The notes below the pieces were generated by a model. It was not told the DNA's origin. It worked only from the letters and a program-made list of their open reading frames with translations, and did not search any database. A DNA stretch of 63,833 bases, filler included, from Chiloscyllium plagiosum (taxonomy: Eukaryota): the NCBI RefSeq assembly GCF_004010195.1. It is 4 parts of one record of this genome, joined end to end, with 100 filler letters (N's around TTAATTAATTAA, not from the genome) between each part and the next. Parts side by side here need not be neighbours in the genome. Positions count along the whole stretch, not along the records: positions 1 to 16,583 come from NC_057715.1; positions 16,684 to 34,687 come from NC_057715.1; 2 more parts are not named here. The stretch is one strand, 5' to 3'. Below are positions 12,061-24,984 of this stretch, one piece after another (within the stretch, counting starts at the first letter, position 1; each line of letters starts with the position of its first letter). The position numbers and the translations under genes were made by a program.

Positions 12061-14411
12061 CCAAAACTAGGGGACAACATTTCAAAATTAAGGGTTTAGG
12101 ACATTGCCACTATACTGTTTTTCCTGTAAATTAATTTTATTGGAGAGCTTGGTATGTTCTGCTCACAAAGGCAAATTAGGTAAAATATTGGACTAGTTAT
12201 GTTATCCCTTTCATAATATCATTCATGTCAGGAACTTGGAAAAGTGCTGTCATAAGAGAATACGCTTGATGCCTGTCTGAATTCCCTTATTTGCACCTTA
12301 GGACATTCTTCCCAATAAATGGCAATATTACCATGCCTACCAGGAGGTAGCAACCAGGCTCAGTGCTATCAACTGAGCAAGTGAATGATTGTGCGATGTT
12401 CCTGTTGCTCTTTGATGGGGAAGGAGATGACACTGCAGGTCATGCTGACTCACACATTAGCCACTGGTGTGATAAACATGCAGCGACAAAATAACTGGAA
12501 TGAGGAATCAACAGAACTGAAAAGACCATTATAGTCTGACTAACCCCACAGTTTTATAACCTGAACACTGAGCCTACTGTTCTTTATGTACTGTGCATGC
12601 CTGTGGTTTAGAGATATAACCTTCTAGTATAATGCAAGGTCAGTTCTTATAAGTACATTTGCAGCATAATTTCCTGGCAATGTACTAAGTTCAAGATAAG
12701 CATTACCTTTTTTTTCTCAAGAGTAGCTAGTAGCTGTTGATGCTTTGCCAATTCTGAAGGGGGAAGAAATGTCTGCAGCAAGTTGTGTCAGAATTGTACT
12801 ATCAAATGCTAAGGATTTGGAGGAGTCACCATTAGAAGTGCTGCAAAAAAGGGTGAATTTTATGGAACTAAGGGCCCAGAGCAATGCCAGATCAGCTTGA
12901 AATGGGAGACTCAAATAGAGTCAAGGCTTTCTCACTTCATTCTTTGAACCTGGGAGCAGGTGAGGAAACATATTGTCACTCTAAGGAAAGTCAGTAGTAC
13001 CACCTCAGTAACTACTGACATGTCACGTTATGTACACAGTAATACACACAATACATCAAAAGTACTTCATTAGCACAACAGTGCTTTTATTGGTGTCTTA
13101 TGGTTGTGAAAGGCACTATAGAAATGTAAGTCTTTCTTCCTGCAAGTCACTGTTTTAATATCTTCAGTGTTTCTAACTCCAGGGTTATCTGTTGTCTAAT
13201 GTCCCTCTCAGTTAGGCACACAGAACTCTGCCTACTCTATCTCCTCTTTTCTCTGGAGAAACAGCTAGATTGTGCACACACTTAAGATGCAGAAGACACA
13301 AACAATATACTTTTACTAAGAGGAAGCAGTCAGGCAAATACATTGCACAAACTTGCACTATATGCTGAGAGAGTTATTAAAAGTTGAGATGACTGATGCT
13401 GTAACATGTCATAGTGTTGCATTTGATGTCCAGTATCCTAAGAAATTGAGCAGAAATTCCATCGCACTCCTGCAGTATGAGAAATAACTGTGGAAATGCA
13501 CTCCTGGTGGAGAAGCCTATTCCTTATTTTAGGAGATTAGAAGCTTGCTTAAATTTAAAATAAACAATCCTAACGGCACAAAGTCTTAATTTTGCAAAAT
13601 CAGCACATTAATTTGTGGGTGAAACCTAATTAGTTTGCGACTGTGTTTAGCAAAAACATTGATTGCATAGGCAAAGAGATATATACAGGAGATTTCAGTT
13701 AGCAATTACCTAACTGTGATTGCTATTTCTATAAGTTGTTCTTTGTGAAAGAAGTCTCCTGTGTTTTGACTGGAACAGTGAGGTACAGTTGGCAACCGAA
13801 TGAATAGCAATTAAAATTAACAATGATCAGACAGTGCTGATGGTTGTAGTTTATAAACTATCTAAAGGTAGTTTTGCTGATGAACAAAGTATTCACAACA
13901 GTATCCTGGAATGTTAGATTGTAGAATCAATAATACATAAGGCAAGTTTAGAAGTAATCTGTAGTCAGGCAAAGTAAATGAGAAATTTTCGTAGAAGATC
14001 CTCTGGGAAAAAGTGATCAGAGTACAATTGAATTCCATTTTAAGTTGAGAATAATATACTAAGCTTTACCACTAGAAACCTAAATTCAAACAAAGTTATT
14101 TGTTTAGATGGAGGGGACAGCTAGCTCTAATTGATTAAGTAAACAGGGAAGTGTGGCAGGTCACAATGATTTGGTAGTGGATAGCTATTCAGTTTTGTAT
14201 AAGAGTACTTCTGGATATGTGTCAAAATGAAAAAGAGAATTGTGTGGCAGCAATTAAATGGTGGGAAGTATTAAATAATAACTTTAAATCTATTCAAAAA
14301 ATATCGTCCATTAAATCAAAACATTTGTGGCTTACTAAGACAGTTAAAATTAAAACAAAAGTTTTATATTATTGTAACAGTAGAAGTAAGACTGAGGATT
14401 AATAAGACTAA

Positions 14412-14722
14412 GGGGCAGCACGGTAGCTCAGTGATGAGCACTGCTGCCTCACAGCGCTAGGACTGAAGTTCAATTCCACCCCTGGGTTACCGTCCAGAGT
14501 TTAAACGTTCTCCCTGTGTCCGTGTGGGTTTCCTCCAGGTGCTCCAGTTACTTTCCACTACCTAAACACCTGCAGGCTAAGTGCATTGGCCATACTAAAT
14601 TGCCATAGTGTTCAGGGATGTGCAGGCTAGGCGGGTAGGGAGTGGGTCTGAGTGGGATGCTCTTCAGATGGTCGGTGTGAACTCGATGCACCAAATATTT
14701 GCACATTGTAGGGATTCTATGA
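14412..14722 (+). mobile_element. HE1-like SINE, diverged
   Basis: GGGCAGCACGGTAGCTCAGTG head, core, and GGGATTCTATGA end. Confidence 0.85.
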
Positions 14723-15369
14723 TGATTACATTTGTTTCAGAAATCAACAGAGGTTTATTTAAAGACAAAAGATAATAGAATATGGGACTAAACTAGTCAT
14801 AAATATAAAACAGATTCAGAATGTTTACAAATATATTGCCTATCATGCCTCATTTTCAATATATCAGTGTGTTTTTAAGAGACATGTTCTTACTATCATT
14901 ACTATATCATAGCACATGACTTGAGGGTATAAAAGTCTCCAACTACGCTTTACATTGGATTGTTTGTAGCGTGACACCCTTCCAAAAGCATGTTTCTGTG
15001 TTGTAAATTAATAGTTGAATACTTTGACACTTGCATGGCTGAGGATTTTACAACATCACCAGGTTGTCATATTACAGGAGATAACATAAGCATTTCTACA
15101 TTACAGATTCACAGAATTGTGAGCATTCCTCTTAGCTTGATGAGCATTAGGTATTGCCACATCAGCTAAAATTCATGTTGGAGGCAAACTTACACCATGT
15201 ACAAAAGGAGGAGAGTAACTAAAGTAAACTTTGGACCACAGAATTGGAGACAGGACAAATTATCTTAAATGGGAAAACTGCAAAAAAAAAGTGATATAAC
15301 TGCCTAATATCAAATGGCAGCAACACTTGAAAACCTATTTGCTATCCAAATTTACAGTAGAAACTACAG

Positions 15370-16060
15370 AGTATAAAGGAATGGAGTAGTGCCAAATTAA
15401 GGGTGAGGTAATTAAAGTAATTAATATCAGCAAAAACAATTATGAGAAATTTAAAGAAGCAAAAGCTGGCACATGGCCAGGAACTGATGGTTTAGATCCT
15501 GATGTTCCAAGAGAGGTAGCTGATGTGATAGTGAATGTACTGGTTATGATTTTCCAAAATTCCCTATATTCAAGAACAATCCCAGTTTAGAAAGTTAGCA
15601 TATGTAACAGTTATTCAAGAAATAAGGGAAAGATGGTTTACTCCATGAATAGCAGGAATGTATAGGTGGTCTTATGAAGGATAGGTGGACAGGCTTGTAT
15701 TGGTGAAAGGTTGGAAAAGCAAAAGAAAACCTAATTGAGACATAAATTGAGAGATCTCAAAGGGTAGATGTGGAAAGGATGTTTCCTCTAGTGGGAGAAT
15801 CGAGAAGGAGGGGATCAGTCAATAAAAATGATTTTTCTTCACTGAGGTTTGTAAGTTTTTGAACACTTTTCTTCAAAAGAGAGCAGAAGCAAAGACTGAA
15901 TATTTCTGAAGCAGAGATAGATTCTTGATAACCAAGGAATGAATAGTTAATGAATGTTGGCAGGATTGTGGAGTAATCAGATCAGCCATTCTTCTATTGT
16001 ATGGTGGGGGAGGCTAGAGGGTGCAGGGACCTACCCTTTCTCCTAATTTGTACGTTTTCA
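15370..16060 (+). mobile_element. Highly degraded CR1 fragments
   Basis: PGTDGL.P.V.REVA...VMIFQNS remnants followed by 3' end remnants. Confidence 0.65.
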
Positions 16061-16257
16061 TGATCAAGGAACAGTCTCAGTCTCCAAGACCACTACTCTC
16101 TGGAGCATCAGGTCAGGCAGACACTACAGAGTAGGATGTTGAAGGAAATTATTGGTGGTGCCTACTGCAGGTGTCACTTCAGGGTTTTTAACTACAGACT
16201 CAAAAGAATCCACAGTTGCCCAATGATGATTGCAGTCATGTTGGTGTTCTGCATAGT

Positions 16258-16583
16258 TAGAACATAGAACATAGAACAGTACAGCACAGAACAGGCCCTT
16301 CAGCCCACGATGTTGTGCCGACACTGATCCTCATGTATGCACCCTCAAATTTCTGTGAACATATGCATGTCCAACAGTCTCTTAAATGTCCCCAATGACC
16401 CTGCCTCCACAACTGTTGCTGGCAACGCATTCCATGCTCTCACAACTCTCTGTGTAAAGAACCCACCTCTGACATCCCCTCTATACTTTCCTCCAACCAG
16501 CTTAAAACTATGACCCCTCATGTTAGTCATTTCTGCCCTGGGAAATAGTCTCTGGCTATCGACTCTATCTATGCCTCTCATTA
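16258..16583 (-). mobile_element. Young CR1 LINE 3' end, truncated by a gap
   Basis: ORF MRGIDRVDSQRLFP...FFTQRVVRAWNALP and a (TGTTCTA)n tail. Confidence 0.92.
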
Positions 16584-16683
16584 NNNNNNNNNNNNNNNNN
16601 NNNNNNNNNNNNNNNNNNNNNNNNNNNTTAATTAATTAANNNNNNNNNNNNNNNNNNNNNNNNNNNNNNNNNNNNNNNNNNNN
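16584..16683. other. Artificial assembly linker (44N-TTAATTAATTAA-44N)
   Basis: Exactly 100 nt with a central six-frame-stop 12-mer; the same structure occurs at 34688 and 50354. Confidence 0.95.
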
Positions 16684-16957
16684 ATCCCTCGAACTCAGCA
16701 CCGCCTTCCTAACCTGCAATCTTCTTCCTGACCTCTCCGGCCCCACCCCCACACCGGCCTATCACCCTCACCTTAACCTCCTTCCACCTATCGCATTTCC
16801 AATGCCCCTCCCCCAAGTCCCTCCTCCCTACCTTTTATCTTAGCCTGCTTGGCACAATCTCCTCATTCCTGAAGAAGGGCTCATGCCCGAAACGTCGATT
16901 CTCCTGCTCCTTGGATGCTGCCTGACCTGCTGCGCTTTTCCAGCAACACATTTTCAG
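16684..16957 (+). mobile_element. Penelope-like element 3' end / pseudo-LTR
   Basis: Matches the sequence downstream of the GIY-YIG ORF in the PLE at 27352-28300. Confidence 0.85.
16864..16901 (+). ncRNA. Minimal type I hammerhead-ribozyme-like motif in the PLE terminus
   Basis: CTGAAGA (16869-16875), extra A, stem GGGC-TCAT-GCCC, GAAA, CGTC (to 16896). Stem I pairing is weak. Confidence 0.6.
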
Positions 16958-17832
16958 ACTTGTAGAAATAGTCAATTAGAAGTTTCTAAACTGTAACAGT
17001 ACTATGAAACTTTTGTTTCCATGATGAAGCTTTGAGTTGTGCACCATTTTCTTGATGTGTACACTTTCCCAAGCATGCATAAGTAAACTCGTAAAAAGGA
17101 ACCTCAGTATCATCTGATCCAAGAGGAAATAAAGGGTAGATATAAAGGTTCTAGAAGTCACTGCAGTGCACAGACCTTGGCGATCCACATTAAAGAAAAC
17201 AAATTGCAGGGAATGCTGCAAATCAAGAGAAGAGAAATTTCACCCATTAGCTTGTGAGAAACCCCGATTAAGCAATTGAATCTGAAGATCTTATTATTCA
17301 GTCTGCCTGTTTTTATTACCTGCAATGCATTGGGGTCAGATGTTGCCATCAGCATTAAAATAATTAACTTGTTTTTCCCCCTAGAGTTTCTACGGAATCT
17401 GAAATGTAAGTATCAGCAAAGTAGAAGTCTACAGAGACTGGGGGGAGTTTGGGACCATAGTAAGCACAGGTCAACCAACTATGTATCTCCTCAACCACTT
17501 TTACTGAATACTGCAGAAGCTGAACCTGAACATGGCAGGTAGGATGTAGAATTCACTGCAAAATCAGATATAGAATGTGAAATAAAATGAAGGAAAGCAA
17601 GATTGGATTAACATAGAAAAATAAAATTTAAGGAAGTTTTCTATTTCTTGAAACACCAAAATATTTAAAACTAAATGAAATTTCACATATTAGCTTTCTG
17701 TGTTGAAATGATTGTTTGGCAGTAAGACTGATCACAGTTAAAATGGCACATATATGAATGAGAAGAATACAACCCACCTCAAACCTGCCCACTTCCAGAT
17801 TTGACAGAGGTGGTAAGAGTCAATTAATCCAT

Positions 17833-18138
17833 GGGTGGCATGGTAGCTCAGTGGTTAGCACTGCTGCTTCACAGAGTCAGGGACCTGGGTTTGATTCCCA
17901 CCTTTGATGACTGTCTGTGTGGAGTTTGCACATTCTCCCTGTGTCTGAGTAGGTTTCCTCCCACAATTCAAAGATGTGCACGTCAGGTGAATTGGCCATG
18001 CTAAATTGCCCATAGTGTTAGGTGCATTAGTCAGGGGTAAGTATAGGGTAGAGGAATGGGTCTGGGTGGGTTACTCTTCGGAGGGTCGGCGTGGACTTGT
18101 TGGGCTGAAGGGCCTGCTTCCATACTGTAATCTAATCA
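17833..18138 (+). mobile_element. HE1-like SINE
   Basis: A and B boxes, core, and GGGCTGAAGGGCCTG tail. Confidence 0.9.
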
Positions 18139-18499
18139 TATTAAAATAAACAAATCCCTAGAACTTCTGCTAAATTTACTCCATATCTATTAGTTGTTTA
18201 GGAAATAAATGTCACTCAGCAAGACAGTGTTATCATACAGCTTCAAAATAAGTATGGTCTCTCAACCAGCAACGACCTGATTTCTGTGTTTAACTGCATA
18301 CTGTATATTGAGTAGCTGGAAGTTGCTGTCCACTTTTCAAATAAATGAAAGTGAGTGCTGTTAGTCTAACTTCTTTCTTTTGTAAATTCAGATGATCAAC
18401 TTGAAACATTGAATTACTATTCTGACAATGTTGTAGTTATCTAGGTTATGCAAAAGAAAAGTCAGATGCCACAAAATCATCACCCTAACTTCCCAAACC

Positions 18500-18605
18500 T
18501 TATCCACCATCTATAAGGCACAAATCAGGAATGTGATGAAATACTCTCCACTTTCTCGATGAGAGCAGCTCCAAATGAATTCAAGAAGCTCAATAACTTC
18601 TAGGG
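18500..18605 (+). mobile_element. Small LINE RT C-terminal fragment, probably the same family as 10900-12060
   Basis: STIYKAQIRNVMKYSPL. Confidence 0.6.
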
Positions 18606-19047
18606 TGTCTATATTGGCCAGGAGGAGGGGTCAGATGCAATAAGCTTCTCAATGGTAGAGGTTGGGATAGATTGCACAATGGTGACATTACAGAATGGGG
18701 GCAGCTCGGGTTTACCTGCTTCTCCTGACCCACAAGAAGTGCTATTTTGGCACTGACCTTCTGCATTCAATACTTCTTGCTTCTTTCACCTATCCTGTTT
18801 CCCTGAAGCCTGAGATACCTGGGCAATCCAAGTTAAAAATAGATTGACTTGTTAAAAGAAAGGCAAACTTACTCATTATAATATTTAAATAAAGAACTCA
18901 CTTTGTATAAAATGATTAATTAACTCTCTTACCATCGCTGTCAAATCTGGAAGTGGGTAGATTTGAGGTGGGTTGTATTCTTCTCATTTCTAAAAACAAA
19001 TTCAGCCATTTTGGGGATTTAACATTCAGTCTAGAGAATTACTTCAA

Positions 19048-19688
19048 TAAGGAAGCATATGGTGTTTTGGTTTTCATTATGTGGGGGATCAAGTTTAAGA
19101 GCTGTGAGATTTTGCTGCAGCTCTACAAGTCCCTGGTAAGACCACACTTGGAATGTTGTGTACAGTTCTGGTTGCCCTAATATAGGAAAGATACAGAGGC
19201 TTTGGAGAGGGTGCAAAGAAGGTTTACCAGGATGCTGCTTGGACTGGAGGGCTTGCCTTATGAAGAAAGGTTGAATAAGCTTAGACTTTTCTCTCTGGAG
19301 AGAAGGAGGAAGAGAGGACACATTATCGAGGTATACAAAATAATAACAGGAATAGATAGAGTCAATAGCTCGAGACGTTTTCCCAGGGCAGGATTGACTG
19401 GTACGAGAAGTCATAGTTTGAAGATATTAGGAGGAAGGTATAAAGGAGACATCAGAGGTCTGTTCTTTATGCAGAGAGTTGTGAATGCATGGAATGCGTT
19501 GCCAGCTGTGGTGGTGGAAGCAGAGTCATTGGGGACATTTAAGTAACTGCTGGACATGCACATCGATAGCGGTGAGTTGAGGGGTGCATAGGTTGTTACT
19601 ATATTTTACATTAGGATTAAACCTCAGCACAACATTGTGGGCCAAAGGGCCTGTTCTGTGCTGTACTTTTCTATGTTCTATGTTCTAA
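19048..19688 (+). mobile_element. CR1 LINE 3' fragment
   Basis: LYKSLVRPHLECCVQFW, ERVQRRFTRML, RVVNAWNALP, and a (TGTTCTA)n tail. Confidence 0.93.
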
Positions 19689-19699
19689 GTATTAGTTGA

Positions 19700-20340
19700 T
19701 CAAAGACAGTCAATATGGATTTTTGATTGTATGTCATGTCTAATTATTCCAGTTGAGGAGACAACTCACATAGTGGTGGCCAATGTCTGTTCATGTTGTC
19801 CATATGGACATGTGGAAGACACTTGCTCAAGTTCCATGAAAGAAAACACTAGCAATGATAAGAGATGAAAAGCAATGGAGGGGAAACATTTGACATAAGT
19901 TACAATTGGTTGTGAGGCAAATAGTAGGAATAAACTAGTGAGAATATGATATGCTATTTCCTAGACCTGTACACATTTTACCACATAAATTAATTGACTT
20001 GGATGGAGGAATAGAGAGTTGTATGTCCAAGTTAATAGATGTTGCTAAAATAGGAAGCATTGTACATTTAGATGGGAACAGGAATTTACAAGGGGACATA
20101 CACAAACTAAGGGAATAGGCAAAATTATGGCAGATGGAGTACAAGCAGGAACAAAAATTACAGTGATCAACACTGCATCTAAGAAAGACAAATGGGAATA
20201 CATTCTTAATGTTGAGAGATTCAGAGTTGTTGGGGAACAATGAATTTATGTATAAAATTGCTAATAATAGTCTTCAGACACAAAAAAACCAAAAAAAAAA
20301 CAGAATGTCAATCTGTATAACAAGTGGATTAGAATTCATA
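19700..20340 (+). mobile_element. Highly degraded CR1 RT fragment
   Basis: QYGF..., LQGDIHKLRE.AKLWQMEY remnants. Confidence 0.6.
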
Positions 20341-20344
20341 AGTG

Positions 20345-22030
20345 ATCACGTAATTTTTCTTTGAGAAAGTGACAAGGAGGATCAATGAGGGTATTGCAGT
20401 GGATGTTGTCTACATAGATTTTAGTCATATATTTGACAAGGTCCCACATGGCAGACTAGTCAAAAAAGTCCATGGGATACACAATAATGTGTCAAATTCA
20501 ATCCAAAATTGGCTTAATTATAGGAAACAAACGGTAATGTTTGATGGCTACCATGTGAATAGAAAATTGTTCCTAGTGGTGTTCCATAGGGCTCAGTGTT
20601 GGGATCCCTGCTGCTTGTTTTATACGTTAACAATTTGAGCTTGAATGTGGGGGACACAATTGGGAAATTGGCAGACAACACAAAAATGTTGTAGAGGATA
20701 GCTGTAAGCTCTAAATTGATGTAAATGGGTTGATGGAGTGGACAGGAAAGTGGCAGATGGTGTTCAACTCTGATAGGTGTGAGGTGATACATTTAGGGAG
20801 GTCAAACAATAAAAGGCTATACATAATACATGGGAATGTACTGAGAGGAGTAGATGAATTGAGAGATCTAGGTGTACAAGTGCACAGGTCCCTAAAGATA
20901 GCTGTACAGGTAGATAAGATTGTAAAGAAGCATATGGGTTGCTCTTTTTTATTGGCAGAGATATAGAATACAAAACTAGGGATATGATGATGAAACTGTA
21001 TAAGACACTTGTGAGGCCACAACTAGAGTACCATGTGCAGTTCTGGTCTTCACATTACAGGAAGGATGTAATTGCTCTAGAGAGAAAAGATTTACCAGAA
21101 TATTGCCGTGTATGGAAGGTTTCAGTTATAAAGAAAGGCTAGATGGGCTGGGATATGTTTCACTGGAGTGCAGGAGGGTGAGAGGCGATTTTATAGAAGC
21201 TTATAAAATAATGAGTATAGATAGAGTTAATGATAGTTGTCGTTTCTCTAGGGTGGGAGCTTTCAAGACTGGGAGCATATTTTTAAGATGGGAGGAGAAA
21301 TATTTAAAAAAGACATGGAAACAAATTTTTACACTGAAAATAGTTTACATGTGGAATGAACTTCTTGAGGAAGTGGTGGATGTTTAAAAGACATTTATAT
21401 AAGTACATGAATAGGAAAGGTTTGGAGTAGCATGTGCCAGGACCAAGCTGGTGGGACTGGTTTAGTTTGGGATTATGTTCAGCATGACTGGTTGGACCAA
21501 AGGGTCTGTTTCCATGCTGTCTGACTCTATGACTTTATTTACTAGAATGCTGCTAAGGCTGGAGAATTGCATGTACGAGGAGAGATTGGAGAGGTTGGGA
21601 ATGTTTTCCTTGGAACAGACAATGCTGAGGGGTGACATGTTGGAGGTATACAAAATTGTGAGGGGTAGATATAGAGAAGACAGGAGGAAGCTGTTTCTTT
21701 TGGCAGAGAGTTCAAAAATCAGGAGTCATAGATTCAAGCTAAGTGAAAGAAGGATTAAAAGGGACATGGGGAAAAGCTTTTGCATGCAGAGAGTGGATGG
21801 ATGTTCGAAATTCGCTTCATGAGTTAGTGGTTGAAGCAGAGACTCTAATCTCTTTTAAAAATACCTGAATCTGCACCTTAAATGGGCTATGGACTGTGCG
21901 CAGGAAGATGGGATTAGAAAGGGTGATAGCGAGTTTTGAGAAGATTAGAAAGGGTGACTTTGGTTGATATGAACAAGATGAGCAACATGGTCCCTATCTG
22001 TGCTGAATCATTCCTATGATTTCTATGGGT
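20345..22030 (+). mobile_element. CR1 LINE RT plus 3' end, with a second CR1 3' end nested at about 21102-21536
   Basis: VDVVYIDFS.FDKVPHGRL, KWQMVFNSDRCEVIHLG, LYKTLVRPQLEY; two successive 3' ends. Confidence 0.9.
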
Positions 22031-22589
22031 TGCTGGGCAGCATTCACAAAGCAGGAAAGAATCTCATTTAATTCATGAGCCACCATTAAATGCCAGAAGG
22101 TTCAGGGATAATGTATTTTAAGCTGTTCACGATGGGCCTAATTGACATCCTGTCACCAGAGGGCAGAATTCATACTCTGACACCTTTCTTTTTCTCTCTT
22201 TAAATCAGAATCAATTTTCCTGATGGCAGGAATCAGACATGGGTGCTCTCGCCCAAGAATACAAGAGATAGCCACAGCAAGGCTCTGAAGTGGGGGGAAA
22301 CCTTAATTACAGCCACAGGTGGGAAAACCTCCACTACAGCTGCAAAGTCCAGGAGACCTACTATTACTGTAAATCAACAATCTTTAAAGGAGATAAAGTA
22401 CTGAATGATATTAAGGAGTTGTGGCACTGGAAATTGTATTGCCAGGAACATTTAATTTCAGAGAGGGGCCATATAGAACACAAAATTCGATATCATGGAG
22501 AAAATAATATACGAAATATAGAGTAGCTTCTAGCTAAGACAGAAGCTGAACAAATAAATACAGTTTTGTACACAACTGGGAGGTTGACA

Positions 22590-23500
22590 GATGGTTATGG
22601 TATCCAAGCCTAATGGGACTGTTAGTATTTGTATTGACCTTATATAACACAACAAAGCAGTAGTGAGAGAAATTCACCCTTAATCCATGGTTGATGAGTC
22701 AAGCTAAACTGTCCAAGAGCAGAGTTTTCACAAAATGTGACACAAATAGAGGATTCTGGCAAGTGCCATTAGATGAGCAAACAATATTGCTTAACATATT
22801 TATCACTCCTTTTGATAGATTTTGTTGACCATATTACCATTTGGAATTGCATTGGGCCCAGAGATTTTCCAACCAAAATTTTCCAGCAATGTCAAGCATC
22901 TTACAAGATCTTCACAGTGTCATTTGCCAGATGGATGATTTACTAATTTGGAAAAAACTGAAGAGTATGATCAAAGAACGCATGCAGTTTTAAAACATTT
23001 CCAAAAGGAAGGCCTTAACACTTTCCGACAAGAGTGCATTCTTCAAAGAATCCATTCATTACTTGAGATTTACTCTCAACAGTGAAGGCATATAATGGCT
23101 CAGATCAGAAATACCAAGACAGATTTCCCAGCTTGAAAGTCAGTCCAAGATTTTCAAAGCTTCTTGGATTGATAAATCAATTGTCAAAATATTTTGCCTA
23201 ACCTACAGTGCTCCTAAGCCATCTCCTCAGGACGATACAAGTATGGTGTTAGAATCCTCATCAAGAAATGTTAATGTCTACAGATGTCTTCACACAATAT
23301 CCTGCAAAAATCGCAGCCAATGTTTCAGCTTCTGGCTTAGGAATATTACCAGGACCAGCTGGATGAGTATCGCAAACCACTCCAATATGCATCAAGAGCA
23401 TTATCTGATACAGAAATACAATATGCTATGATTGAGAAGGAAGTTTTCTCAGTTTCATGGCATTTTGAGAGATTTTCAGGTTACATCTTTGGTCAGGAAG
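22590..23500 (+). pseudogene. Fossil Ty3/Gypsy LTR retrotransposon pol (RT and RNase H)
   Basis: KPNGTVSICIDL..NKAVVREIHP; FTKCDTNRGFWQVPLDE...FITPF..F..LPFGI..GPEIFQ; VICQMDDLLIW; RALSDTEIQYAMIEKE...W..ERFSGYIFG. Many frameshifts and stops; no LTRs recognised. Confidence 0.85.
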
Positions 23501-24984
23501 TGGTCAATAGACTATCCTGCATAATGAGGGACCTGTCAGATTTAAAGTATTTCTGCATTTCTAAAATGATCAGAATCACCTGTCAGAAATGTGTAGCTCA
23601 ATACAAAAGAAAATGAAGTGTCAATTTTTGTATGACTGCCACTCCCTGGAACAACTGAAACCCAGTGTGCTAGTGTTTTGGGCACATATTTCGTTTTAGG
23701 CCTGTTTGAAGTCTCTATGAAGCCCAAGTTCATGTCATAGAATCATAGAATTTTATAGTGCAGAGGGAGGCCATCCAACCCATCCTGTCTGTGCCAGCTG
23801 AATATCTGAATATCGTTCCCACATTTGAAGTACAGTTATTTATACTTCCTTCACCCTCATGAATAAGGTATTATATGTATATTTTTCTGAATGTTCAAAG
23901 AAGGAAACAGTCCACCAAAGTCAGAGTAATTGCTCCAATTAGTTGGCATAATAATTTCCACATGAAATAAAAAGCTACACCAGTGAACAGTAGAGCTTCC
24001 ATTTCTTTTTCTGCACTTATGTTGCTGTTTGATTTGCTCTTCTACTGAAATTAACATTTATCCAAATTCACATTAATAACTCTTGCTTCTGTGTTAGAAG
24101 AGCGGCTTATCCAACATTCTGTACTGGATAGTCTCTATTTCAGTTAAGTATTGTAAAGACTAAAACCATCACCTTTTGCCTCGAGCAAAAAGAAATGTTT
24201 TACCATCATTTCTACTCCACACTACAGCCATCATCTTGGGCCAATTTAACTTTCTTTCATAAATCTTCCTGTCCTGTAAGATCCCCTACACAACACCCTA
24301 CTTCGATTAAGTTTTAGTCAACCTTTGAAATAATGCATTTTTAATTTCACCTAAATGAAGTGCCTTGAGACACCTTTTTTAACTTTAAAGATGTTATATT
24401 AGTGCAAATGGTCATTATTTTGCTGAATTAATGCAAAGCAATATGGTCCCAAGTTTTTTTTAAAAATCCAGTCTGCTTCTCTCTTTGAAAACCATGAAAA
24501 GAAATACTGTTCGTTCTTTAAAGAGACACAATCGCACTGTAAATATTAGAAAGAAGATGTTAGAAAATTAGAATTTTTAAACCATATTTTTTGGCAAAGA
24601 TTCAAAAATTGTCTTTACAGCATCTACCAGAGTATCAGTAAACTCCAAACATAGAATCATTGAGGTTTACAGGACCAAAGCAGTCCATTGGGCCTATCAT
24701 GACTCTAAGATTATTTTATTAGGGGAGTATTAATACAGCAACAAAAACAGCAACTTGTATTTGTATTGCATTGTTAAAGTATAAAAGTGAGAACTGCAAC
24801 ATCGAGGTGTTGTTTAACCAGTAGAAAAAGTACGTCTACATCTAGGAAGTATATCAATGTGCACGTGCAATGCCAAGGCATACAAGGCTATGGGTGAAGT
24901 ATTGGAAAATGGGAATACAATAGTTAGGTGGTTGTTTTTGACCAACACGCACACAATGGGCCTTTATTTCCGTGCTGCATATCT

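Noticed and set aside
12705..12900. Possible coding exon after a T-rich acceptor (LVAVDALPILKGEE...)
   Set aside because: No recognisable homology, a stop lies right next to the acceptor in that frame, and there are no partner exons.
16628..16639. Palindromic TTAATTAATTAA, repeated three times in the window (also 34732 and 50398)
   Set aside because: It is centred in identical 100-nt N blocks, so it is an artificial six-frame-stop contig linker and not biology.
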